Origin: Candidatus Eiseniibacteriota bacterium
GTDB taxonomy: Bacteria > Eisenbacteria > RBG-16-71-46 > CAVPCR01
Length of the DNA: 64,000 nt
Reading direction: 5' to 3'
Assembly (NCBI GenBank): GCA_963823555.1
Contig: CAWGMA010000002.1
Coordinates: 640,001-704,000 of the forward strand
Shown here piece by piece: positions 21,240 to 29,350 of this stretch. The position numbers and the translations under genes were made by a program. Each line of letters starts with the position of its first letter. Positions within the stretch are counted from its first letter, which is position 1. The notes beneath the pieces are model-generated. The model worked only from the letters and a program-made list of their open reading frames with translations, was not told where the DNA came from and searched no databases.

Positions 21240-21439
21240 GCGCCGACGATCATCCCGACGCACTGCCAGATCTCAGGGTACCTGGGCAGCTCCATGCCCG
21301 CCCAGCGGAAAGGAGCGAGCGGCGCGATCACCACGATCGCTCCCCACATGATGTTGTAGGCGGCGGCGAGATAGAGAACGAGCCGCATCCAGCTCGGGGT
21401 GGTGGTTGGGTCAGGCGGCTGCAAGGTGCTCTCCGGCAT
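21240..21439 (-). pseudogene. Truncated membrane protein N-terminus (domain often linked to AhpC/SelL-related redox proteins)
   Basis: WMRLVLYLAAAYNIMWGAIVVIAP...FRWAGME.PRYPEIWQCVGMIVG then an abrupt break; family link is from recall. Confidence 0.5.
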
Positions 21440-21500
21440 CTGTGCGGTATCTGCGCGGCATCCGTCCGGCAACCGTGCGGTATCTGCGCGGCATCTGCGC
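21435..21500. repeat. Six degenerate 11-bp tandem units (consensus GGCATCTGCGC)
   Basis: ggcatctgtgc ggtatctgcgc ggcatccgtcc ggcaaccgtgc ggtatctgcgc ggcatctgcgc. Confidence 0.8.
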
Positions 21501-21514
21501 GGTGCCTGGAATCG

Positions 21515-22283
21515 CTAGCGCGATCGCAGGGTCGCGAGGCCGCCGTCGACCCCGAAGACCTGCCCCGATACCCAGTCGTTGTCGGGGTCGAGGAGCCAGG
21601 CCATGAGCGAGGCGACGTCCGCCGGCCGGCCGATTCGCCCGAGCGCGTGCATCCCCTCCGATGTCTTGCGACTGGCTTCGCTCCGTGTGATCCGCTCGGT
21701 GAGAGGAGTCTCCACCTGCCCGGGCGCCACGGCGTTGACGCGGATGCGCCGTCCCGCGTAGGTGGCGGCCGCCGACAACGCGAGGCCCTGAACACCGGCC
21801 TTGGCGGCGGCGATCGCCTCGTGATTGGCGATACCGATGCGGGCCGCCGCGGTGGAGACGAGGACGATCGAGCCGCCGCTCGGCATCATGGCGCGAGCCG
21901 CGGCACGCACGACGGCGAAGGCCGAGCCCAGGTTGGTGCGGAGGGTCGCCTCCCACTCGGCGTCGGTGGTGAGGTGCGCCGGCTTGAGCAGCAGCGAGCC
22001 GACGCAGTTGGCGACGCCGTCGAGTCGTCCGTGGTGGTTGACCGCGTCCTCGATGCAGCGATCGACTTCTTCGCCGCGCGCGGCGTCGAGGACGAATGAA
22101 TGCGCACCTAGCTCGCTCGCAAGCGACTCGACCTTCGCCGCGTCGCGACTGGCCACGACGAGACGCGCTCCGCGCGCTCAGGCGGCGGCAGAGCTCCGAT
22201 CCGATCCCGCCGGTGGCGCCGAAGACGACGTGGGCCGGATTCGTCGGGATCTGTTCGGTCGTCTCCGATTCGCTGGTCGACAT
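21515..22283 (-). CDS. Short-chain dehydrogenase/reductase (frameshift near 22165)
   Basis: FGATGGIG, NCVGS, AIAAAKAG, IRVNAVAPG, GQVFGVDGG. Confidence 0.88.
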
Positions 22284-22430
22284 GCCCTCGATCTCCCACT
22301 GTCCTGGCTGCTGAAGACTCCACGCGACTTGCTACTAGTAGTAGCCGGGCGAGGGGCGAGAGATTCCGGATCTGGAAGGTAGTCCAACGCCTCTAAGTAG
22401 CAACAACACTTGAGACAGAGGAGTCGTCCG

Positions 22431-22925
22431 ATGAGACCAGTACCGAAAAAGCCCAGGGCCGGCCAGGAGTCGGTCTGGGACTATCCTCGACCACCGCGGC
22501 TCGAGCGGGTTGGAAGGCGCGTTCGCGTCGTATTCAACGGGACCGTGATCGCCGACACGACCAGGGCATGGCGTGTGCTCGAAACCAGCCACCCGCCTGT
22601 CTACTACATCCCACCCGAAGATCTGAGGCGCGAGCACCTGGTTCCGGGTCGGCGCGCCTCGTTTTGCGAGTGGAAGGGCGGGGCCTCCTACGTCTCGGTG
22701 CGAGTGGGCGATCGTGCCGCCGAGTCGGCCGGTTGGACCTATCCCGAGCCGACGACGGCCTTTGCGCCGATCAAGGACCACGTCGCCTTCTACGCAGGGC
22801 CGATGGACGAGTGCAGGGTGGGTGAAGAAGTGGTCCGACCGCAGCCGGGCGGCTTCTACGGTGGTTGGGTGACCGACGACGTGGTCGGGCCGTTCAAGGG
22901 CGAGCCCGGAACCGAGGGCTGGTAG
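22431..22925 (+). CDS. DUF427 domain protein
   Basis: ESVWDYPRPP, RVLETSHPPVYYIP, SFCEWKG, GFYGGW..GPFKG. Confidence 0.88.
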   Translation: MRPVPKKPRAGQESVWDYPRPPRLERVGRRVRVVFNGTVIADTTRAWRVLETSHPPVYYIPPEDLRREHLVPGRRASFCEWKGGASYVSVRVGDRAAESAGWTYPEPTTAFAPIKDHVAFYAGPMDECRVGEEVVRPQPGGFYGGWVTDDVVGPFKGEPGTEGW

Positions 22926-22953
22926 GCTCCTGATCGAGACACGGGGGGAACCC

Positions 22954-24015
22954 ATGGACCCGAGGCGAGAGCTCGATTCCTGCATAGTAGTCGGTGCCGG
23001 CATTGCCGGATTGTTGGCGGCGCGAACGCTCGTCGATCGCGGCTTCGAAGTCCTTGTCCTGGACAAGGCGCGGGGCGTCGGCGGGCGGATGGCGACGCGG
23101 TGGTTCGAACCGGCGGCCGGCGCTGCGGAGGTCGGGCGAGCCGTGTGGGATCATGGTGCGCAGTTCTTCACCGCGCGTGACGGTGCCTTCAAGGCATGGG
23201 TTGATGAGTGGCTGGAGGCCGGCGTGGCGCGGGTCTGGGCCGATGGCTTCGCGGGCGGCAAGCGTCTCGAGTCGTCCGACGGACACCCGCGCTATCGAGG
23301 CAGCGCCGGCATGTCGGAGATCCCGAAGCATCTGAGCCAAGGGATCGACGTGAGACTGAATGAGCGCGTGGCCTCCATCGATGAGGCCGAGGGGCGCTGG
23401 CGGGTTCGCGCCGATGACGGCGAGACCGAGCACCGCGCCGGAGCGCTCATCCTCACTCCGCCGGTGCCGCAGTCCCTGGCTCTCGTCGACGCCGGCGGCG
23501 TGCGGCTGCCGGAGGCGGTGCGTGGGTCGCTCGAGCGCATCACCTACGCGCCCTGCATCGCCCTTCTCGCACGGATCGACGGCGCGAGCCGGGTGCCCGA
23601 GCCGGGGGCAATGCGTCTCGACGGCGAGCCGATCGGCTGGATCGCGGACAACCGGAAGAAGGGGATCTCCCCCGAGGCGACGACCCTTACCGTTCACGCG
23701 GGTCCCGAGTTCAGCCAGGCTCACTGGGACTCGGCGTCGGATGAGGTTGCCCGCCTGCTTCTGGAAGCCGCTGCCGAGTGGATCGGAGGGGAGATCCTGT
23801 CGACGCAGGTGCACCGGTGGCGATACAGCCAGCCGGTCGACCTTCACCCCGAGCCCTGTCTCGTCTCCCCCGGTCCTCCACCGCTCGTCTTCGCCGGCGA
23901 CGCCTTCGGTGGGCCACGGGTCGAGGGCGCGGCGCTCTCGGGGCTGGCCGCCGCGGCGTGGCTGATCTCGCAAGCGGCGAGCGTTGGTTCACCGACGACG
24001 AGCGACCGGCGATGA
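22954..24015 (+). CDS. FAD-dependent oxidoreductase (renalase-like)
   Basis: GAGIAG, DKARGVGGRMATR, DHGAQFFT, HRWRYS, AGDAFGGPRVEGAALSG. Confidence 0.88.
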   Translation: MDPRRELDSCIVVGAGIAGLLAARTLVDRGFEVLVLDKARGVGGRMATRWFEPAAGAAEVGRAVWDHGAQFFTARDGAFKAWVDEWLEAGVARVWADGFAGGKRLESSDGHPRYRGSAGMSEIPKHLSQGIDVRLNERVASIDEAEGRWRVRADDGETEHRAGALILTPPVPQSLALVDAGGVRLPEAVRGSLERITYAPCIALLARIDGASRVPEPGAMRLDGEPIGWIADNRKKGISPEATTLTVHAGPEFSQAHWDSASDEVARLLLEAAAEWIGGEILSTQVHRWRYSQPVDLHPEPCLVSPGPPPLVFAGDAFGGPRVEGAALSGLAAAAWLISQAASVGSPTTSDRR

Positions 24016-24603
24016 GTCGCCCCGATGCCGACGTCATCATCATCGGTGCCGGGCTCGCCGGCCTTGGCTGCGCGCGGCGCCTGCAAGAGGCCGGCGTCTC
24101 GTTCCGGATCCTCGAGGCGACAAGCGGAGTCGGCGGACGGGTTCGCACCCACAGGTGGATGGATTCCGCCTGGATCGAGGGTTCCAGGTGCTGCTCACCG
24201 CCTATCCCGAGGCGCGCAGGTTCCTCGACTACGCCGCGCTCGATCTTCGTCCCTTCGTCCCCGGCGCCCTCGTCCGCCATGCGGGCGGCTTTCACCGCCT
24301 CGCCGACCCGTGGCGCCAGCCGCTCGCCGCGCTCGGAACGCTCTTCTCCCCGCTCGGCAGCCTCTCCGACAAGCTGCGGGTCGCCACCCTCCGCCGGCGG
24401 GTGCTCGCCGGCACGCTCGCCGACCTCGCCGCCCGCCCCGAGCGGTCGACCCGCGACGCGCTCGAAGCTCACGGCTTCTCCGAGGCGATGATCGAGCGCT
24501 TCTTCCGTCCGTTCTTCTCCGGCGTGTTCCTCGAGCGCGAGCTCGACACGTCGAGTCGGACGTTCGAGTTCATCTTCCGCATGTTCTCCGAGGGAGACAC
24601 GGC
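24012..24603 (+). pseudogene. FAD-dependent (amine oxidase/phytoene desaturase-like) oxidoreductase, 3' half missing
   Basis: GAGLAG, GGRVRT, DGFRLDRGFQVLLTAYPE, FFRPFFSGVFL...FRMFSEGD then a break. Confidence 0.8.
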
Positions 24604-25212
24604 GCAACACCCGCGCGGAGTCTTCCGCATGCATGTGGGCGTAGGCGTTGTTACCCATCCCCGGGTAGATCGGACGCCCACGTCTCACCTGCTCGAAGAT
24701 CAGGTCCCGCGCTCCGTAGACGTGGGGTAGTCGTATGGCGGCGAACGGCATGCCGGCCGCCGCCGCCATCCGCTCGAGCTGCTCCTCGCTCTCGCGCTTG
24801 GCTCGACCGTAACCCATGGTCGAGGTCGCCGGCGTCTCCCGGTCGATCGGGCGCGATTGCGTGTCGTAGACGAGGAGGCTGCTCGAGTAGACGAACCGCT
24901 CGACGCCGGCGTCGGCAGCGGCGCGCATCAGAGCGACCGAACCGTCGACGATCGTCGGCCGCAGGAGCTCGTAGTCCTCGAAGGCCGCGCGCGCGCCGAG
25001 ATGAAAGATGGTGTCGATGCCATCGACGGCGCGCCGCAAGCTCTCCGCGCTCTCGAGATCCCCCTGCATCACCTCGACCTTGTCGAGGGGAGGAGCGCGC
25101 CGCGCAGCGGACGGCGCACCATCGCGCGGGGTCGTAGTCCTTTCTCGACGAGGAGGCGCACGACCTCGAGGCCGATGAAGCCTGTCGCGCCGGTGACCAG
25201 TACTCGTTCCAC
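24604..25212 (-). pseudogene. NAD-dependent epimerase/dehydratase, 3' end missing (also frameshifted)
   Basis: VLVTGATGFIG, FVYSSS, YGRAK, IRLPHVYG, HMHAEDSAR then a break. Confidence 0.8.
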
Positions 25213-25293
25213 GGTGGGCGTCTCCTCTCCGGGCTGTCGCAGGCGCCGCCGTTGCCGCGAGCGCCTGCGGCCGCGCCGACGGTAGCGCCGGCG

Positions 25294-27627
25294 CTAACCG
25301 AGCTCCAGATCGAATTCGGGCGGGCCGACGGTGACGATGCCGAGGTAGCCGTCGACGGTGACGAGCTCGCCGTCGTCGAGCAGCTGGGTGGCATCGTGGA
25401 CACCATTGACGCAGGGGATCCCGAGCTCGCGAGCGATGATCGCACCGTGGATCAGCATGCCTCCGCGTCGCTCGACGATCGCCCGGGCCAGCGGCACCAG
25501 GTGCGTGATCGTGGGTTGAATGGCATCGCAGACGAGGACGTCTCCTTGCCGGAACCGTCCCATATCCTCGAGGTGCCGGAGGCAGCGGACGCGACCGGTG
25601 GCGACCCCGGGCGCCGCCGGCTGGCCGATCAGCTGCCTCGGTGTCTCGCCGCGATCGACGGGGGCGGATCCGCCTTCGACACCGGACCTGGCGACCGGCG
25701 GTGCCTCGATCTCGACCCGCTCGCCGCGCTCGCCGCGCGAATCGCGCAGGGCGTGCGCGATCCGGGCGATGGTCGAGGCGTCGGGCCCCGGCTCTCCGAT
25801 CAGCCGGCCGGCGGCCCTGAGCCGCCCCGCCGCCAGATCGAGGGCGCGCAGGAGCTGGCTCTCGATGCGGCCGACCAGCAGGTTGTCGTCGTCCCTGAGC
25901 TTCCAACTCAGGCGACCGGTCTCGATGACCTCCATCGCCTCGCCGTGGCGCTCGGGGCCGACCGCGTCGAACAGACGTCGCTCGAGATCCGCGGGGTCGT
26001 GACCCGCGACCGCTCCGTCATCGGCCTGGCGCGTACTGCCCACGTCCTCGGATCCACGAGTCAGTTCGAGAATGATCCTGACGAGCGGGCCCGCGTCGTC
26101 GGCGAGGCGGCGATGCTCGTGGGCGACGTCGAAGAAGCGCTCGCTCAGCTCTTCGAACCTGGCGGCCCACTGGTCGGCGCCGCCGCCGCCGCGAATCGAC
26201 TCCCGCACATCCGGCCACGGCAGCGGGCCGGCGCCTCGGGCCTCGACCAGCCGGCCGAGCGCCGCGCGCAGCTCAACGTGGTCCCGGAGGCTCTCCGCCA
26301 GCCCTCGCAACGCCCGGTTCCGCTGGCTGGCCATCAGCGTCTGGTCCCGGAGCAGGCCCACGAACGCGTAGGGGTCATCGGGGCGAACGGCGTCGTTGAA
26401 GTAGAGCGCCAGCCGCCGGACGCCGTGCGCGAACGGGATGAACTCGTCCCAGTAGATCTTCTTCCAGCGCTCGAAAGATTCGAGCCTCTCCTCGAGGGCG
26501 TCGGCGAGCTCGCGATCGCTCGACCGCTCGAGCTTGGCATCGGCCAGGCGCCGTCCCTCCGCCCGCAGCTCCGGGATCAGCTCGTCGGCGACGCGCCGGC
26601 GAAGACGACGGAGGCGCTCGTCGCCCGGGCGCAGGGTCAGGTACCAATCGCGTGGATCATCGGGGTCGGGGGCGCGTGTGGTGATCGGGCGGGATTGTAG
26701 GATCGTCAGCGCCTCGGCGCGCCCGGTCCATTCCATGTCCGGATCCCAGCGGAAGAGCTCCTCGACCGAGAAGAGCGCGGTCAGGATGGCATCGAGATCA
26801 CGGGTCTCGAGGAGAGGCTCGGCGTCGGAATCGGCGCCGTGCTCGCCCGCGGCCTCGCTTTCGCCATCGCCGGCCGCCAAGCGTGCGCCGGGCCTCCAGC
26901 TCACGACGCGCCTCGATTGGCGATCGATCTGCCAGTGATCGGGATCCACCAGCCCGTCGACCAGGAGGCTGCAGGGACCGGGCACCGCCTCGATGATCGC
27001 CTGCTCGGCGCCGGGGCTGCGAGGATCGCGACCGAACGCGACGCCCGACCGATCGGCGAGCACCATCTCCTGAACCAGCACGGCCATGCGACTGTGGGCC
27101 GGGTCCAGGTCGAGCTCGCGGCGGTAGAGGAGGGCCGCGTCCGACCAGAGGGAGGCCCAGACCAGCCGGATGGCATCGGCGAGCGCCGCGTCTCCGGAGA
27201 CCCCGGTCACCGACTCGTGCAAGCCGGCGAAGGATCGGCCGGCCGAGTCCTCGCCGGGAGCCGACGATCGGACCGCGAGCGACGCCGGCGCGCCAAGCGA
27301 TCTCCGCGCCTCGGTGATCGCCCGCGTGAGCTCGAGCGAGAGCGGGTGACCGAGGAAGAGGGAGCGAATGCGTAACGCCGCGTCCCAGATCTCCTCCCAG
27401 CGCATCTCGTCCAGCGACTTGCGACCGAGCTCCATGCGAATGGCGCCGTCGATCCCATGGCCGGCGGCGAAGGACTCGTAGGCGTGCACGGTGATCGCGA
27501 ACCCGGGCGGCACGCGAAAACCGGCGGCGGCGAGACGCGCGGTCGAGGATGCCTTGCCGCCGACGATCGCTTCCTCTCCGCACCTCGAGTCCGACAGCGG
27601 CACTACGAGGGGTCGGACGGAATCCAC
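25294..27627 (-). CDS. PEP/pyruvate-binding (ATP-grasp) + PEP-utiliser His-swivel enzyme (RPH/PEPS-like phosphotransferase)
   Basis: VGGKA, VPPGF, AVRSSAPGEDS..SFAG, MAVLVQEM, DMEW, ILQSRPITT, GGMLIHGAIIARELGIP; no PEP-binding C-terminal barrel. Confidence 0.88.
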   Translation of the reverse strand: MDSVRPLVVPLSDSRCGEEAIVGGKASSTARLAAAGFRVPPGFAITVHAYESFAAGHGIDGAIRMELGRKSLDEMRWEEIWDAALRIRSLFLGHPLSLELTRAITEARRSLGAPASLAVRSSAPGEDSAGRSFAGLHESVTGVSGDAALADAIRLVWASLWSDAALLYRRELDLDPAHSRMAVLVQEMVLADRSGVAFGRDPRSPGAEQAIIEAVPGPCSLLVDGLVDPDHWQIDRQSRRVVSWRPGARLAAGDGESEAAGEHGADSDAEPLLETRDLDAILTALFSVEELFRWDPDMEWTGRAEALTILQSRPITTRAPDPDDPRDWYLTLRPGDERLRRLRRRVADELIPELRAEGRRLADAKLERSSDRELADALEERLESFERWKKIYWDEFIPFAHGVRRLALYFNDAVRPDDPYAFVGLLRDQTLMASQRNRALRGLAESLRDHVELRAALGRLVEARGAGPLPWPDVRESIRGGGGADQWAARFEELSERFFDVAHEHRRLADDAGPLVRIILELTRGSEDVGSTRQADDGAVAGHDPADLERRLFDAVGPERHGEAMEVIETGRLSWKLRDDDNLLVGRIESQLLRALDLAAGRLRAAGRLIGEPGPDASTIARIAHALRDSRGERGERVEIEAPPVARSGVEGGSAPVDRGETPRQLIGQPAAPGVATGRVRCLRHLEDMGRFRQGDVLVCDAIQPTITHLVPLARAIVERRGGMLIHGAIIARELGIPCVNGVHDATQLLDDGELVTVDGYLGIVTVGPPEFDLELG

Positions 27628-28124
27628 TGGCGGACCTCCTGGAATCGGTGGACGTGGAGGTAGCGGATGACGTCGACGCGGAAGAGGGCGCAGGAGGGTG
27701 CGGCGACGAACGACTCGAGATACGGGTGGCGACGGATCAGCAGCTCGGCCCACCGATCATGATCGCCGCGGTCACGCGAGGTCTCCTGGACTCGACCGGT
27801 CACCGTGACCGCCTCGATCTCCATCAGCTCTCCCGAGCGATCGGGCCGATTGTCGATCAGGAGAGCGACATGATCGCACTCGGTGAGAAGGCGATACTTC
27901 CGCGTCGCGGTCGGTGTGGCGAAAACCGCGTGCCTCATGTCATCGGTGAAGGCGAAGGCCACGAGCGATCCGTAGGGCTGTCCCTCGCCCTGCGTGCAGA
28001 GCACGGCATAGGGTTGGCCTCGCACCAGACCACGGATCCGATCGCGAAGCGGCGGCTCCGGGCCGGCCGCGCCTGTGGGGTGCGGCGCTTCAGACTCGAA
28101 CAGCGGCTCGTCGGGTTGGGGCAT
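27603..28124 (-). CDS. Pyridoxamine 5'-phosphate oxidase-like (split-barrel) protein
   Basis: YAVLCT...PYGSLVAF...FATP.ATRKY...VALLIDNR...AVTVTG. Confidence 0.8.
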   Translation of the reverse strand: MPQPDEPLFESEAPHPTGAAGPEPPLRDRIRGLVRGQPYAVLCTQGEGQPYGSLVAFAFTDDMRHAVFATPTATRKYRLLTECDHVALLIDNRPDRSGELMEIEAVTVTGRVQETSRDRGDHDRWAELLIRRHPYLESFVAAPSCALFRVDVIRYLHVHRFQEVRQWIPSDPS

Positions 28125-28187
28125 GAGCAGAGGCTCCGTGGGTTGAAGGGCTGGTGTTTTGCCCGAGGCGATGCGCGGCCGCCGATT

Positions 28188-28766
28188 CTACTCCTCCCGC
28201 AGCGCGGCGATGATCCGTTCCGGATCGGCGTGGTCGCCGGCCTCGCGGCTCACCTGGGCGAAGACGACACGGCCGCCCGGCCGGATGACGAAGCACCCTC
28301 CCTGCTGCCAGGGGTCCCCCTGGATATCCTGCTGGCGCTTGCCGGCGCGCCAGGCGCGCCAGGCGTGGCGCAGGGTCCGGAATCCGACCGAGCTCGCGAC
28401 GCCGCGCCGGAGGCCGGCAGCGGCATAGGCGCGGAGCTCCGGGTCGGCGAAGAGCGGGTGCTCGACTCGCTCCGAATCACGGAAGTCGGCCGCATGCTCC
28501 GGGCTCCCGTTGCCGACGACGACCAGCTCGGCGCCCAGGCGGCGGATCTCGGGTAGTGAGTCACGCAACTGCGCGACCTGCTCGCGGCAGAAGAGTCACC
28601 CGAAGTGGCGGACGAAGGCGAGCACCACGGTCCGGTCCCGCCAGAGATCACCGAGCCTCTGGCGCCTGCCGTCAGGATCGAGCACCTCGATCTCCTCGAG
28701 TCGCTCGGCGGCGCGAGCGTCGTCATGCGTGCCGGTGCTCATGTTCATGCCCCTGCCCATGCTCAT
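28188..28766 (-). CDS. Selenocysteine-containing peroxiredoxin-like (AhpC-TSA_2/PRXL2-type) protein, ULFC motif
   Basis: The two ORF-track pieces join in frame through TGA 28596-28598: VVLAFVRHFG-U-LFCREQVAQLR; downstream LFADPE..AY, GDPWQQGGCFVI, GDH; AGAGG RBS. Confidence 0.9.
28569..28590 (-). promoter_or_regulatory. Candidate bacterial SECIS hairpin
   Basis: CUG-C-CGCGA-GCAGG-UCGCG-CAG; the inner stem starts 10 nt after UGA, the same offset as at 9870. Confidence 0.6.
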
Positions 28767-28851
28767 GCTTCCTCTCTGCTCTCCCGGTCGTTGGTCTGTT
28801 TCTCGAAGAGGTAGTGCGAGACCATCCACTCCTCTCCGTGTCGAAATCCCT

Positions 28852-29232
28852 TGTACTAGTCCAGCGATTCTCGGCCCGAACTCCCTGCCGCTATCCAGTT
28901 TCAAGCGTTGATCTTACGGCTCTTGTTCGGCCCTTCAGCCCCTGAATTCAGGAGGACCCACCTGGAGGCTTCTGGCACCCCCTGCGCTCGTACCCCCCTC
29001 GGCGCGGGTGAGGGTCCACCCGTCGCGGCCAGCGACATGGCCTGGAACAGGGCGGAGCGGACGTACCGCGTGCAGCTTGTCGGCAGGGCGACGGTGTGTG
29101 ACACGCGAGTGGACATCATCCTGCGCCTCCCGGAATTCAACCGCGAGATCGTTCACTCGCACAGGATAACATCCGCTCTCGCAACACGTTCAGCCGCGGG
29201 GGCGGGGCGCCGAGAATCGCTGGATCAGTACA
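28852..29232. mobile_element. 381-bp MITE, copy 1
   Basis: Terminal IRs TGTACTAGTCCAGCGATTCTCGGC / GCCGAGAATCGCTGGATCAGTACA; near-identical copy of equal length at 55917-56297. Confidence 0.88.
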
Positions 29233-29350
29233 CCGGGGTCGTATCTCATCCCGTGGAGATACGTGTCCCATCCCGGGGTTTCGATCGTTCAGGTCTGCAG
29301 CGCCGGCCAGATCGACAGGCGGCCCACCGATCCCGCCCGTGCCCTCCCTG

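Noticed and set aside
13794..21500. Short repeats (13794-13858, 21435-21500) as CRISPR arrays
   Set aside because: The repeats are only 11 nt, have no 30-40-nt unique spacers, and there are no cas genes
23711..25906. 731-aa minus-strand ORF as a real fusion protein
   Set aside because: Only its middle is epimerase; the rest is off-frame or antisense read-through across the 24603 junction
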